Positions 10,753-21,389 of a stretch of DNA of 64,000 nt are shown piece by piece. Positions within the stretch are counted from its first letter, which is position 1, and each line of letters starts with the position of its first letter. The notes below the pieces were generated by a model. The model saw nothing but the letters and a program-made list of their open reading frames with translations. It was not told the origin of the DNA and searched no databases. The position numbers and the translations under genes are program-made. This DNA comes from a candidate division WOR-3 bacterium (GTDB lineage: Bacteria; Hydrothermota; 32-111), in the NCBI GenBank assembly GCA_039804105.1, contig JBDRZU010000001.1, positions 960,001 to 1,024,000 on the forward strand, read 5' to 3'.

Positions 10753-13700
10753 TTTTTTACTATCTTTAAATTTTTAAAATACCTTTTTCCTTCTGAAAAA
10801 TCATTTATATCAATGCTTAGAAGATAAACTCCAGGCAGCAGTTTTCTTTTATTTTTAATGTCAACAAGAATACTGTTAAAACCTGATTTAAAATTTTCCT
10901 TTCCCACATCCAGAATATTACCTTTATCGTTAAAAATTTTATAAGTTAAAAAACCTGAAGAGTTCGAGTTAAATGTTATGTAAAAATTATCATTAAAAGG
11001 ATTCGGATAAACCAGAATATTTTTCGTCAGATTCGTCTGCGGATGTTTGATAAATACGGTTTTTTCATATTTTTTCAGATTGTTATCAAAAACAACAACC
11101 TTTAAAGTATCGATCATAGAATAGGCACTATCTATAAAAATTTCTGTCTTAAAAGTATCCTCTACAACTATAAAATTGTTAACAATTATCTTTTTATCCT
11201 GATTGATATTAACAGATGGTTTAAAACCTGTTATGTTTGCAAGGTATATTCCCTTTTTTGACACAAACTCTATTCCAAGTTTGTATTTTTCTGATGCCAG
11301 AACAGTATCAAAAACTTCTATTCCATTCACCTTTACAATAAGTTCACTCATTGAAAAGGATGTATCTTTTTCAATTTTATAAAAGACTTTTTTGACTTTT
11401 GAATGGATAAAACTATCATCTTCAAAAATCGAAACAATGTTCAACCTTGAAAGATATTTTTTGTTTTCAAATGTATCGGGTAATATAACTTCAAATATTC
11501 TTTCTTTTTTATTGTCTGACATTCTTCTCATTATTCCATCATCTTTAACATAATAGATGTAAGCGTATGGATAGGTATGCAGATAATCGTGTGAATCAAC
11601 ATAAAAAGGTTGATATATATCAAGAAAAACTTTTTCATCGTTTTTATAATTGTATGAAAATCCTATGTTACAATTTGTTCCAAGTGTTACCGTATCCTGT
11701 GAAATTATATCTATATCATATTTATATTTTTTTATAACCATCGAAGGATCACCAAAGAGTTGATGTGATGTATAGGTATAGTTATTTTTGTTTATCATAG
11801 CAAGGTAATATTCACCAACAGTTTTATATCCTCCATAAAGAAAGAGGTCATATACAAAAGACAGATAAAGAATATTTCTGTTTTCATCAGCACCTGTTGC
11901 CCTCGTTGCAGCAATCGTAGCAGAGAATCCTGAGTAGGGAAGGATTTGAAAATCTCCGGCTATACAACCATAATCGTTATCGAATTGTCCGGCCTGACAT
12001 GTTCCAAAAAGAAATATGGGGTATTTGTAAATGTTATCAAAAAGATCAAGATCTGTCGGATACTCTAAAAAATGTTCATGTGTTAAAGAATAGTATGAAC
12101 CGTGCCCATAAAAGAACCCGAAATTTACTCCTCTCGAAAGAATATCTTTCAATACAAATCTGACATCCCTTTTAAACCCGGGATTGTATGGCCAGTGTTC
12201 TGTCTTTTCAAGATCACCTTTGTAATCTGTAAGATATAATTTTTCTATCGCAAAAATATTTCCCAAAAGATTTGAAAGTTCTTCACTCGCATTTATAAAA
12301 CTTATATCGTTAAAATCACTCGTCAACCTTGAACTGTATTCATCATCAGATATCATAACGCTTCTACTCTTTATATAGGTTGGAGTTTTTGTTTCATAGT
12401 CGATAATCTTGTTCAAGGCATAATACGCCTGATCTTTTGTATAGACGGTTATTCTCCCAGGTATAAGATCAATATAGTTATCCCCATCAAGAAGTGTATA
12501 CCATCTGTCAACACATTCTGATCTATAGGAGGTAAGAAGAGCAAGTTTATATACACCATATCCGGTCTCATAAACTGGAACAACACTCCTGTTTTCAAAA
12601 GTGTTCAAACGGTTTTTATAATCGAATGAACCTGAACCAAGAAGAAGAAGATAATTCGGAAATTTAGCCCATTTTTTTTGAGCATAATAAAGAAAAGACT
12701 TTATTGATGTTGGAGTCCTCATACCAAATGAAAAAGCATTATCTATCTGATCGAATTCAAAAACTTTTACACTTAAACCGTTTTTCTTTCGATACTGTAC
12801 ATAAGAATTAACACTGTTTTTATAACCTTTTCCAGTTATCACAAGTATGTCACATCCATCATTAAAATCAAAAACAGTTGAGCAATCGACATATTCAAAT
12901 TGATCAACCTTTTTCAGGTTTTTTGAAAAGCAGATTTCATCTGAGTTAAAAGTTTTTATATTAACCTGCTTATTTTTTTCTAATTTTCCCAAAAAGGAAT
13001 TTTGAGCAGAAGAAAGAAAACAAAAAAGATTTTCTTGAGGTTTTACAGTTAAAATTTCTTTTTGATTATTTTCAATTTTTAAATCTTCATCACCACCAAG
13101 AAACGCTTTATACTCAGGTTCTATGGAACAGAGATAAAACACTTTATTTTTATTATCTGTATTGACAGGTATTATCCTTATAGAATTCTCTTTTTGAAAA
13201 TTAGTAACATCAAATGAAAAACTTTTGGGAATCGTAGTATAAGCCCCCCTTGCAGAAGCTCTTCCAATAATCTTTCCATTAAGTTCAATATCGATGTCAA
13301 AAGTATCATTAAGATCTGTTTGAAAGAAAAATGAAACAAAAAGTTTTCCAGTAGAATCAGCTAAATTGTTTAACTTAAAATTCCAGAGATAATCCTGTTG
13401 ATCAGTTGAATCTTTATACACGGAAAACTCTCTCCATGCCCAACCATAACCAGCCATTAAAGGATTTATCGAATCATATCTGAAAGTGATTAAAACATTT
13501 GCAAAAGAATCACCCTTTACACTGTCGTATTCAAGATTACTTATTTCAATGAAATTTGAATCATTAAAAACTAGAATGTACTGGTTATAATCAGTAAAAG
13601 GATTATTAAAGAGATCATACGAAAGATAAAAATTTTTCCCTTTTCCTTTGATCGAATTACCATAAAAAACAAAATATTCTCCTTTTTCAAACGAATTATC

Positions 13701-14426
13701 ATCATCACCAAAAAATTTTATGGGGACTTTTATTGGATCTTTATAGTAGAACATATTTGAGGTATCAGCAGGAAGAACGAGATTTTTTCTTCTATAGAGA
13801 CCCAAATTATTTGGAGAAACGAATTCAGGTGTCAAGCCAGCATTTTTTAGATCCGTATAATCAACCCGATATAATCCATCATCTTTTATCTCCAATTTCA
13901 GGTATGATTTTATTTTTGGTTCATCGGATTTCGAAAAGATTGAAAATTGAGAAAGAGAAACAAAATTACTGTTCACACTTGTAGAAAGCAATGGATTGTA
14001 AGATGGACTTTTAAAAAGTTGATTTTTAAACTTTATTTCTATCGATATTTTATTGTATAGTTGAAGCATTTCCTTATTGAATTTATAAACAGGAAAAATT
14101 TTCAATTGTAGAATTCTCTGCTTTGAAGCATACACAAAATGCTTTTCATACAACTTTTCGGCTTTATTTAAACCTGTAAAAAAATTTTTTCCCTCTTTTT
14201 TGCCTTCACCTTTAACATATATTTCAACATCACCTTCAGGTACATTTATATATATATTTTTGATAAGATAACCATTTTCATATTCAAAATCATAAAATGG
14301 TATTTTTTCATCAAAAGGATAATATTCGACTTTTGCACTTTTTTCATCAACATTGCTGATAATCTTTGAAAAAATTATAACGCAGTATAAGAAAATAAAA
14401 ACCAATATAAAAGTTTTACTTTTCAT
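10749..14426 (-). CDS. Peptidase C25 (gingipain/PorU-like) with C-terminal sorting-type Ig domain
   Basis: GRI motif, His/Cys dyad motifs YGHGS and GTCQAGQFD, LFGDP, C-terminal VYPNPF...GVYL. Confidence 0.85.
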   Translation of the reverse strand: MKSKTFILVFIFLYCVIIFSKIISNVDEKSAKVEYYPFDEKIPFYDFEYENGYLIKNIYINVPEGDVEIYVKGEGKKEGKNFFTGLNKAEKLYEKHFVYASKQRILQLKIFPVYKFNKEMLQLYNKISIEIKFKNQLFKSPSYNPLLSTSVNSNFVSLSQFSIFSKSDEPKIKSYLKLEIKDDGLYRVDYTDLKNAGLTPEFVSPNNLGLYRRKNLVLPADTSNMFYYKDPIKVPIKFFGDDDNSFEKGEYFVFYGNSIKGKGKNFYLSYDLFNNPFTDYNQYILVFNDSNFIEISNLEYDSVKGDSFANVLITFRYDSINPLMAGYGWAWREFSVYKDSTDQQDYLWNFKLNNLADSTGKLFVSFFFQTDLNDTFDIDIELNGKIIGRASARGAYTTIPKSFSFDVTNFQKENSIRIIPVNTDNKNKVFYLCSIEPEYKAFLGGDEDLKIENNQKEILTVKPQENLFCFLSSAQNSFLGKLEKNKQVNIKTFNSDEICFSKNLKKVDQFEYVDCSTVFDFNDGCDILVITGKGYKNSVNSYVQYRKKNGLSVKVFEFDQIDNAFSFGMRTPTSIKSFLYYAQKKWAKFPNYLLLLGSGSFDYKNRLNTFENRSVVPVYETGYGVYKLALLTSYRSECVDRWYTLLDGDNYIDLIPGRITVYTKDQAYYALNKIIDYETKTPTYIKSRSVMISDDEYSSRLTSDFNDISFINASEELSNLLGNIFAIEKLYLTDYKGDLEKTEHWPYNPGFKRDVRFVLKDILSRGVNFGFFYGHGSYYSLTHEHFLEYPTDLDLFDNIYKYPIFLFGTCQAGQFDNDYGCIAGDFQILPYSGFSATIAATRATGADENRNILYLSFVYDLFLYGGYKTVGEYYLAMINKNNYTYTSHQLFGDPSMVIKKYKYDIDIISQDTVTLGTNCNIGFSYNYKNDEKVFLDIYQPFYVDSHDYLHTYPYAYIYYVKDDGIMRRMSDNKKERIFEVILPDTFENKKYLSRLNIVSIFEDDSFIHSKVKKVFYKIEKDTSFSMSELIVKVNGIEVFDTVLASEKYKLGIEFVSKKGIYLANITGFKPSVNINQDKKIIVNNFIVVEDTFKTEIFIDSAYSMIDTLKVVVFDNNLKKYEKTVFIKHPQTNLTKNILVYPNPFNDNFYITFNSNSSGFLTYKIFNDKGNILDVGKENFKSGFNSILVDIKNKRKLLPGVYLLSIDINDFSEGKRYFKNLKIVKK

Positions 14427-14592
14427 CAAGTTTTTTTGCTTTTTCTATCAACATTACAGGTATATTGTTTTTTATCTCAAAATATATATTATCCTTTTTA
14501 CATATAAGGATATCCCTTTCCTCATCATAGATGAGTTCTCCTTTACATTTGGGACATATTAAAATATCGAGTAATCTTTTGTCTATCATCAT
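14416..14592 (-). CDS. Trm112/UPF0434 (YcaR-like) small protein, 58 aa, absent from the ORF track
   Basis: Manual translation MMIDKRLLDILICPKCKGELIYDEERDILICKKDNIYFEIKNNIPVMLIEKAKKLDEK; AGGAGG RBS; ATGA overlap with the upstream gene. Confidence 0.9.
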   Translation of the reverse strand: MMIDKRLLDILICPKCKGELIYDEERDILICKKDNIYFEIKNNIPVMLIEKAKKLDEK

Positions 14593-15686
14593 TCCTCCTT
14601 AATATAAATATCTTTATAATCAAATGGCAATTTGTTGATAACCAGAATCGTTGATAGAACTTTTTCGTTCAAATCTTTTATCATCAGAATTTTGTTTATT
14701 TTCGTATACTTTGAATAAAATGAAAACTTCCCCAATTTACATACCATTTCATAATCTTCATCAAGTTCAATATCTTTAAAATTAATATTGTATAGATCAC
14801 CTTTCTTTTCAACAAAAAATTCTTTTCCATATATAGTTAAAATTTTATCCTGTTTCAAAACAGTATTTCTTAAATCAAAATTCATATAAAGGATATCGTT
14901 CCCTTCATTATCAGGTGATACATACTTGAATCTATAGAATGAAAGGGAATCCTCTAAAAGCATGTTTAAATCAAAATTATATTTTTTGATATCAAAGTTA
15001 AAATAAACTCTGTTGTTCTGAATTTTTCCAAGATCTGATTGAAGTAACCTTTCGTTCAGATTTTCAATCTCTTTTTTATTTCCATATATCTTTATATTTG
15101 TATCTAAAAATTTATTTTTATATTTAATATTTTCTATTTCTTTAAAATGTATCTCAACCTGAAAATTTTTTTTATCAACTAAAGTAACAAAGATTTTTTT
15201 CTTTTGAGAATAATAGTAAAGTAAACCATCCTGTAGATAGTTTGCAGGGTCTATTATCGCTGTATTGACTTTCACATCAAAAATGTATGCTCCATTTTCA
15301 AAAGTTTTTAATACCATTTTTTCACTATCTATTATATTTTCAATGAATAGAGGTACATCTATAATATCTTCAGTTTCTTTTATAAGATCTTTTCTCCTGA
15401 TCCATTCTTCCCCTGTAAATATATGATCATAGGAATTTTTCTGATCCAATAAATTAAAATAGCCTTTTAAAGTGAATCTGTTTAAAGGATCCTTTTCACC
15501 TTTAAAGGACAAATCTATAAATTCATCTTTTATCATGATATTGTATTCATAGGTTGATTGAAGAAGATTCTTTATTTCATTTTTGAGTGAATTTTCATTG
15601 TTCTGTAAAGTTGTTACCTTTACATCATACTTTTTCACACAAGAAAAAAAAATCAACATTAACAAGATTGAAAATAATCTTTTCAT
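14589..15686 (-). CDS. Hypothetical lipoprotein
   Basis: Lipobox-like FFSC after a hydrophobic N-terminus. Confidence 0.6.
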   Translation of the reverse strand: MKRLFSILLMLIFFSCVKKYDVKVTTLQNNENSLKNEIKNLLQSTYEYNIMIKDEFIDLSFKGEKDPLNRFTLKGYFNLLDQKNSYDHIFTGEEWIRRKDLIKETEDIIDVPLFIENIIDSEKMVLKTFENGAYIFDVKVNTAIIDPANYLQDGLLYYYSQKKKIFVTLVDKKNFQVEIHFKEIENIKYKNKFLDTNIKIYGNKKEIENLNERLLQSDLGKIQNNRVYFNFDIKKYNFDLNMLLEDSLSFYRFKYVSPDNEGNDILYMNFDLRNTVLKQDKILTIYGKEFFVEKKGDLYNINFKDIELDEDYEMVCKLGKFSFYSKYTKINKILMIKDLNEKVLSTILVINKLPFDYKDIYIKEE

Positions 15687-16066
15687 AGTTTAAATCTTTT
15701 GGGAAAGAGTTCACAAAATTTGAACTTTTTTCTTTCAACATTTGAAAAAAGTACAATTTCAAAATCATCATCAACAAACTCCGACATAACCTGCAAACAT
15801 GCACCACACGGTATTGGAAGAATATTAGAGTCAGCGTACACATAAATTTTTTTAAACTTTCTTTGTCCATCCGTTATTGCGTTAAAAAAAGCACTTCTTT
15901 CGGCACAAATGGTCAACGAATATGAACCGTTTTCCACATTAACTCCGTAATATTCTTTCCCTTTTTCCGATATTAATATCGATGAAACCGAAAATTTAGA
16001 ATATTTTGAATAACTCTTTTTGGAAAGTTTCTTTAACTTTAAAAATATTTTTTTTTCATCCATCAT
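15683..16066 (-). CDS. cdd: Cytidine deaminase (start shortened from 16192)
   Basis: NVENGSY, CAERSA, PCGACLQ; family homology starts at MMDEKK. Confidence 0.93.
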   Translation of the reverse strand: MMDEKKIFLKLKKLSKKSYSKYSKFSVSSILISEKGKEYYGVNVENGSYSLTICAERSAFFNAITDGQRKFKKIYVYADSNILPIPCGACLQVMSEFVDDDFEIVLFSNVERKKFKFCELFPKRFKL

Positions 16067-16121
16067 TGTTTTTATTTTATATTGGATTTTAAGATAATTC
16101 AATAAGTAACTAAAAAAACTA

Positions 16122-16150
16122 TTGACAAAATTATCTATTGGATTTAATCT
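16122..16150 (+). promoter_or_regulatory. Sigma70-like promoter for the candidate sRNA
   Basis: TTGACA (16122-16127), 17 bp, TAATCT (16145-16150). Confidence 0.55.
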
Positions 16151-16156
16151 TTTATT

Positions 16157-16228
16157 GGAAGCAGGTCTAAAATTGTCGTAAACACTACACATTCAAAAAA
16201 ACGACAATCCTGCTTCCTCTTTTTTTTT
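16157..16228 (+). ncRNA. Candidate small RNA (bulged hairpin plus U tract), family unknown
   Basis: GGAAGCAGG pairs with CCTGCTTCC and ATTGTCGT pairs with ACGACAAT; followed by a T run; own promoter; opposite strand to both neighbours. Confidence 0.5.
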
Positions 16229-17483
16229 ATTCAAGCAAAATAAATTTAAAATCTTTTAAATACTTCTGAAGTGTTTTTGTAACTTTACCACTTTTCAGTT
16301 TATCGAGTTGTTTTATAAATTTGATATCGTAATCATAATCACCAAATATCAGATAATTGTAACCAAGAGCAAAACTTCGATTGGAAGTTCTTTCGTTATC
16401 CAGGAAAAAGGATGTTTGATATACATTTTTCATATCATCTATCTCTTCCTGTTTTATCCCTTCCTTTTTTACCTTTTCTATTTCATCTCTATAAAGTTTT
16501 ATAGCAGAATCAGGATAGAGTGTACTAACATAGAAAACTCCATAGTTGACCAGTTTATTCGATGCCCCAACATACGCAGCGTAAGTCAATCCATGTTTCG
16601 TTCTCAATGTCTCATAAACTCTTTTCGAAAGTATTGAAAGTCCTACTCTTACAGGGAGATATTCTTTATCTTTAACTGATGGAATTTTAAACTTGCAACC
16701 AAGATATTTTGTTTGCAAACCACCTTTTTCATATTTTAAAATAGTATCTCCTTTGCAAATATCAAATTCTTTAACACCTGTAATTTTTTCTCTTTTTCCA
16801 TCTATGAATCCAAACTCTCTCTTAAAAAATTCTCTACTATCTTTGAAAGGAACACCTGAAACGACACTTATCACAACTCTTCTGTTCGAAAGAATCTTTT
16901 TCAGATGGTTATAAAGATCCTGTTCCTTCATATTCTGAACAGTTTCAACATACCCTTCTGGATTTGAAATATATGGATGGTTTTTAAAAAAGTATTCGTT
17001 CAATTTTAAATACAACATTTCATCAGGATCCTCTTCTTTCGATTTGATCTCATCTATCATTCGATTTTTTTCCTTGTCCAGAATAGTTTCAGAAAAATCT
17101 GGTTCTCTAAAATTATCCGCAAAAATTTTTGTAACATCAAAAAGATATTTATTCAAAGTTGAAAAGGTAAAGGAAGAATAATCGTATGAATTATCATAGG
17201 ATACATTAACAAAATACTTATCCATCAGTTCATTCATCTTCGTTTCAGAATAATTTTTACCACATTTTTCTATCATCCTAAAAATTAAGTTTTCTATGCC
17301 TGATTTTTCATAATTATAGTTGGCACTTCCTCCTTCTATAAATATTGTTACTGAGGAAATATCATTCTCAGGAACATATTTATATAATAGCTCCAGATTT
17401 TTAGAAATCCTTTCCAAATAAACTTCTGAAAATGAAAAAATGAAAATCGTTATTATGAAAAAAACAAAAAATATCTTTTTCAT
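16227..17483 (-). CDS. M16 family peptidase, non-catalytic subunit
   Basis: M16 features (LRTKHGLTY) but no HxxEH; signal peptide. Confidence 0.85.
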   Translation of the reverse strand: MKKIFFVFFIITIFIFSFSEVYLERISKNLELLYKYVPENDISSVTIFIEGGSANYNYEKSGIENLIFRMIEKCGKNYSETKMNELMDKYFVNVSYDNSYDYSSFTFSTLNKYLFDVTKIFADNFREPDFSETILDKEKNRMIDEIKSKEEDPDEMLYLKLNEYFFKNHPYISNPEGYVETVQNMKEQDLYNHLKKILSNRRVVISVVSGVPFKDSREFFKREFGFIDGKREKITGVKEFDICKGDTILKYEKGGLQTKYLGCKFKIPSVKDKEYLPVRVGLSILSKRVYETLRTKHGLTYAAYVGASNKLVNYGVFYVSTLYPDSAIKLYRDEIEKVKKEGIKQEEIDDMKNVYQTSFFLDNERTSNRSFALGYNYLIFGDYDYDIKFIKQLDKLKSGKVTKTLQKYLKDFKFILLE

Positions 17484-17484
17484 C

Positions 17485-18831
17485 TTATTCTCCCTTTAAA
17501 AATGATAATTTTTTCTTGTAAGTTGTAGAATCGGTTAAAAATCCTTCCATATAAAATCCATTCGATATGTATTTTGATACAACCGATATTATATCTTCTT
17601 TTGAAATATTTTTTATTCTCTCGTTGTAATTTTTGAAATTGTCAACTCCACCAACACACCACCAGTATCCAAGTGTTAAGGCAAATGATAAAGATGATTC
17701 AAGTCGTCTGAAAGTGTTTACTTCTCCATATTCTTTTGAGTGTTGAAGAAGATCATTATCATAATAATCTATTTTATTCAAGTTCTTGATATGTTCAAAA
17801 AGAATCTTTTTGACAGTGTCTATGTTTTCACCCCTGAGATCAAGATAGAATGAAAACTCTGATCCATCTTTTAAACCAGAATATCCAACATAATAGTTGT
17901 AGACAAGACCACTCTCAACAAGATCTTTGTAAAGTTTTGATGATGTTAAAGAGAGATAATCTGAAAGCAGATCAAAGGCATAAGGTTCATTCGAATTTCC
18001 ATCAAAATTTGGTGCTCTGAATGATATGAGATATTTTGTTGTAGCTACCTTATCAACTATGATAAATTTTTTATTTTTTTCAAGAATTGGATGTTGTGGG
18101 AAATCAAATTGAACATCTTTTCCTTTTTCCCATCTATCAAAATATTTTTTTACACTTTTTTCGGTTTTATCAAAATCTATATTTCCAACTATAACCAATG
18201 CACAGTTGTTTGGTATATAATATCTGTTTTTTATCTCATACATCTGCTCTCTTGTAGCATTAGCGATAACATTTTTAAAACCTATAGTATTTTTTCTGTA
18301 AAAATATTTTTCATACATAACAGAGTCAGCCATTTGATAAAACTTATAAAATGGGACAGAAAAATCTCGATCAAACTCATTCAAAACAACATTTCGTTCC
18401 TTTTCAAGTTCCACAGAATCAAATAAAGGATCCATGATTGCGTATGACATAAATTCAAGCCCTTCATCGATATTTTTTGAAGGCAATGTAAAATAGTATC
18501 TAACCGATTCGTTTGAAGTCATACCGTTATAGATTATGCCCAGCTCTCTAATCCTTTTATTGTACTCTTCTTGACTTTTCCATTTTACATTACCTTTAAA
18601 GAACATATGTTCGTAGAGATGTGAAAGTCCACAGTTTTCAGGTGTTTGTGTATATGAGCCATTTTTGACAGCAATTTCAATCGTAACTATCGGTTGAGTT
18701 GTTGTTTTTACCATCAAAACTTCAAGCCCATTATCAAGTTTAAAAATTTTGAAATCCCTTTTATAGAGTGTTTCAGAAAAAATTAAAAATGATAGCAAAA
18801 TTATAATAATAAGATAAAAAGTTTTTTTCAT
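17485..18831 (-). CDS. M16 family zinc peptidase, catalytic subunit
   Basis: LDNGL, GLSHLYEHMFFKG (HxxEH), ERNVVLNE, YYIPNN. Confidence 0.92.
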   Translation of the reverse strand: MKKTFYLIIIILLSFLIFSETLYKRDFKIFKLDNGLEVLMVKTTTQPIVTIEIAVKNGSYTQTPENCGLSHLYEHMFFKGNVKWKSQEEYNKRIRELGIIYNGMTSNESVRYYFTLPSKNIDEGLEFMSYAIMDPLFDSVELEKERNVVLNEFDRDFSVPFYKFYQMADSVMYEKYFYRKNTIGFKNVIANATREQMYEIKNRYYIPNNCALVIVGNIDFDKTEKSVKKYFDRWEKGKDVQFDFPQHPILEKNKKFIIVDKVATTKYLISFRAPNFDGNSNEPYAFDLLSDYLSLTSSKLYKDLVESGLVYNYYVGYSGLKDGSEFSFYLDLRGENIDTVKKILFEHIKNLNKIDYYDNDLLQHSKEYGEVNTFRRLESSLSFALTLGYWWCVGGVDNFKNYNERIKNISKEDIISVVSKYISNGFYMEGFLTDSTTYKKKLSFLKGE

Positions 18832-19778
18832 CTATTCTCCTTTTTTGTATTTTGCTTATCAAAAATGAAAATTACTCCACCAACCAAACTATAAATTACC
18901 GAAACGATAAAAAATGTCAGAGAAAGTGACAATATTTCTTCTTTTGTTGTCAACTTAAAAAAGTTTATGTAAGCCCATTCCCTTAAACCCAGACCATTTA
19001 TTGTTATTGGTATCATCGAAATTATTGATATAAATGGAACATAAATTATTTCATCGACCAACCGAACCGACAATCCCTGTGAAAGAACTATGAGATGGTT
19101 TGTAAAAACAAAGACAACCTGAATCATTACCGATAACAAAAGGTTATAAAAAAGATCCTGTTTTCTATATTTTACTATCCTTAACGAATGCATCAGAGAG
19201 TTTATCCTATTACCAATTTTAAAAAAAGTAATTTTAGAAAAAAGAGATACAAAAAATGTGAAAATTTTATCAGAAATCAAGACAGTTAAAAAAATAATTG
19301 AAGATAAAATTCCAATTATAGAAACATATAAAAAATACTTTGTTATTCCATATTTGAAAAATAAAAGAGGTGTAATCGAAATATAAACTATTATACCTAA
19401 AAGCCCAATCCACCTTTCAATGATTATCGAAGAGATCACATCAGCAATTCTTTTTTGGTCGGAAACAATATATGCCCCCCTAATAAAGTCCATTCCAACA
19501 GTTGATGGTAGAAAGTTGTTAAAAAAAAATGCAATGTTGTATATTCTGAAAACTTTTGATAAAGAAACATTAAAATTATAAAGTTTCAAAACGAGTTGCC
19601 ATCTTAAAGCAACAATAAAACAGACAAGTCCAACAGTTAACACAGCGAGAAAAAGAAAAAATATGTTTGAATTTTTGAGAATGTGTAAAAGTTGTGAGGT
19701 ATTTACACTTTTTAAAATCAAAAAAAGTATAAGAATCGTTATTAATAATCTCAGTATCTGAAAAAAAATTTTTTTCAT
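18828..19778 (-). CDS. Lysylphosphatidylglycerol-synthase-like transmembrane (flippase-like, UPF0104) protein
   Basis: RW, FFNNFLP..G.D..R, ER, PITINGLGLRE; multiple TM helices. Confidence 0.85.
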   Translation of the reverse strand: MKKIFFQILRLLITILILFLILKSVNTSQLLHILKNSNIFFLFLAVLTVGLVCFIVALRWQLVLKLYNFNVSLSKVFRIYNIAFFFNNFLPSTVGMDFIRGAYIVSDQKRIADVISSIIIERWIGLLGIIVYISITPLLFFKYGITKYFLYVSIIGILSSIIFLTVLISDKIFTFFVSLFSKITFFKIGNRINSLMHSLRIVKYRKQDLFYNLLLSVMIQVVFVFTNHLIVLSQGLSVRLVDEIIYVPFISIISMIPITINGLGLREWAYINFFKLTTKEEILSLSLTFFIVSVIYSLVGGVIFIFDKQNTKKENR

Positions 19779-19820
19779 TCATTAAAATATACTTTACTTT
19801 AACTTTTTGTCAAGTTAACC

Positions 19821-21389
19821 TTAGAAGAAGGAATATTTTAAAAGTAAATAAAAACTATAAATATCTCTGTTATTTTTCACAATCCCCAAATTTGTCTTAA
19901 CCAATCCATTGATCGAAAAATTTAAACCGTAAACTATTCCTTCACCACTTCTATATATTTTCAGAGGGTAGTAATTAGTAAACGAGTATTCATATATTGA
20001 GAGATAGTCGGTTTCAAAGATTTTAAAAGTATATATGAATGCTGACAATTCAAAACTTTTACTCTTTATGAAAAGATCCATCTTTTGATAATTTGAATTT
20101 TTTTGGTTTAAAAAGAAAGTTAATTTTAAAGATAAAAAGTCATCATAACTTTTAAAAAATTCAAGTTTTATAGAACTTTTGTTTTTATTGAGTAAATCAT
20201 AAGAAAATGTAGGTTTCAAAAAATTAAAAAATCTTATGGTTAAAGAATTTTTAAACTCCTCATAATCACCTTTAACAAAATCTATTCTGTTTTCAAACCT
20301 TAATCCTTTTCTCTTCGAAATATCAAAGAAAAATCCAAAAAAATCTTTTTCATCTATATAGTTTGAATGAAGATTAAAAAATCTTTTGTTCAAAATAAAA
20401 CCAGACAGAGTCATAAAATCTTTATTTTCGTTTTTCAGGCAAAGCGATAAACAGTATCCTTTGTTTGGATAAGAAAAGCCGAAATCATAAGAAAAAAAAG
20501 GAATTTGACCAAAAAATGATAAAACAATGTTTTTATCAGAATCGATCATATTCATTTTTTTTGAATAATCTGCGTAATATGTTGCAAAATTCAGATATTC
20601 CTTTTTATGATTAAAAATAAGACCGAAAGAACTCTCCCTCAAATTATTATCCCTTGATGATGAAAGAGAATCGTTATGTATGTTATATGTTAAAATCTTT
20701 TTAACATTGTTCAATGTATCGAGTATACAGTCATAATAAACATTACTTAAAAATGGTATGATGATACAATTTTTTAGGAAAAATGATTTAACTATACCAA
20801 AAAAGGATGGATATTCATTGTATGAATCATCTAACTCTATTCTGTTAGAATAAAAAACTCTATTGAAAATATTTTCAAAACTCGTACTGTTTGAGAGAAC
20901 TCCTCTTCCTGTTTTTAAAACATAATTACCAACAATAAGATCTTTATATGAAAAACCATATTTTAAATTATCATAGAACACTTTTTCACCGACATCTTTT
21001 TCCGTAAGAAGGAAGAAATCAAATTTTTTGTATCTACCAAAGATTTTAAAAAAACTTTTATTATTTAGTGAAAAAAGAGAATCAAGATTAACACCAAGAT
21101 CTATTCTAAAAAACTTTTTTTCTTTACTAAGATTTCTTTCGATCATTTTAGAAATGATCTGATTTCCTGTTATTTCAAAAATTTTTCGATTGGTTATATT
21201 TTCCTTCGTATAGTATAAACTTTTAATTTCATCTATTTCATTTTCTGTTAAAAAATCTTTCAGATCCTGAATTACAAAATCAAAAGAATCAACAAAAATC
21301 GAAACTTCATAAAACTTCTCTTCCTGCGAAACCAAAATATTGAAAAAAATTATTAATAATAATATTAAATTAAAATACTTTTTAATCAT
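19821..21389 (-). CDS. Putative outer-membrane protein (start moved to MIKKY)
   Basis: Signal peptide, aromatic-rich beta strands, C-terminal YSFF; EKDVGE and VGNY..G.G motifs recall ComEA-associated barrel proteins. Confidence 0.5.
   Translation of the reverse strand: MIKKYFNLILLLIIFFNILVSQEEKFYEVSIFVDSFDFVIQDLKDFLTENEIDEIKSLYYTKENITNRKIFEITGNQIISKMIERNLSKEKKFFRIDLGVNLDSLFSLNNKSFFKIFGRYKKFDFFLLTEKDVGEKVFYDNLKYGFSYKDLIVGNYVLKTGRGVLSNSTSFENIFNRVFYSNRIELDDSYNEYPSFFGIVKSFFLKNCIIIPFLSNVYYDCILDTLNNVKKILTYNIHNDSLSSSRDNNLRESSFGLIFNHKKEYLNFATYYADYSKKMNMIDSDKNIVLSFFGQIPFFSYDFGFSYPNKGYCLSLCLKNENKDFMTLSGFILNKRFFNLHSNYIDEKDFFGFFFDISKRKGLRFENRIDFVKGDYEEFKNSLTIRFFNFLKPTFSYDLLNKNKSSIKLEFFKSYDDFLSLKLTFFLNQKNSNYQKMDLFIKSKSFELSAFIYTFKIFETDYLSIYEYSFTNYYPLKIYRSGEGIVYGLNFSINGLVKTNLGIVKNNRDIYSFYLLLKYSFF

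Noticed and set aside
16067..16192. N-terminal extension of cdd in the ORF track
   Set aside because: No family homology; it overlaps the cdd promoter and the candidate sRNA
16157..16228. Hairpin as intrinsic terminator of the minus-strand M16 operon
   Set aside because: No U tract follows the stem on the minus strand, and the 21-nt loop is too large; not fully excluded
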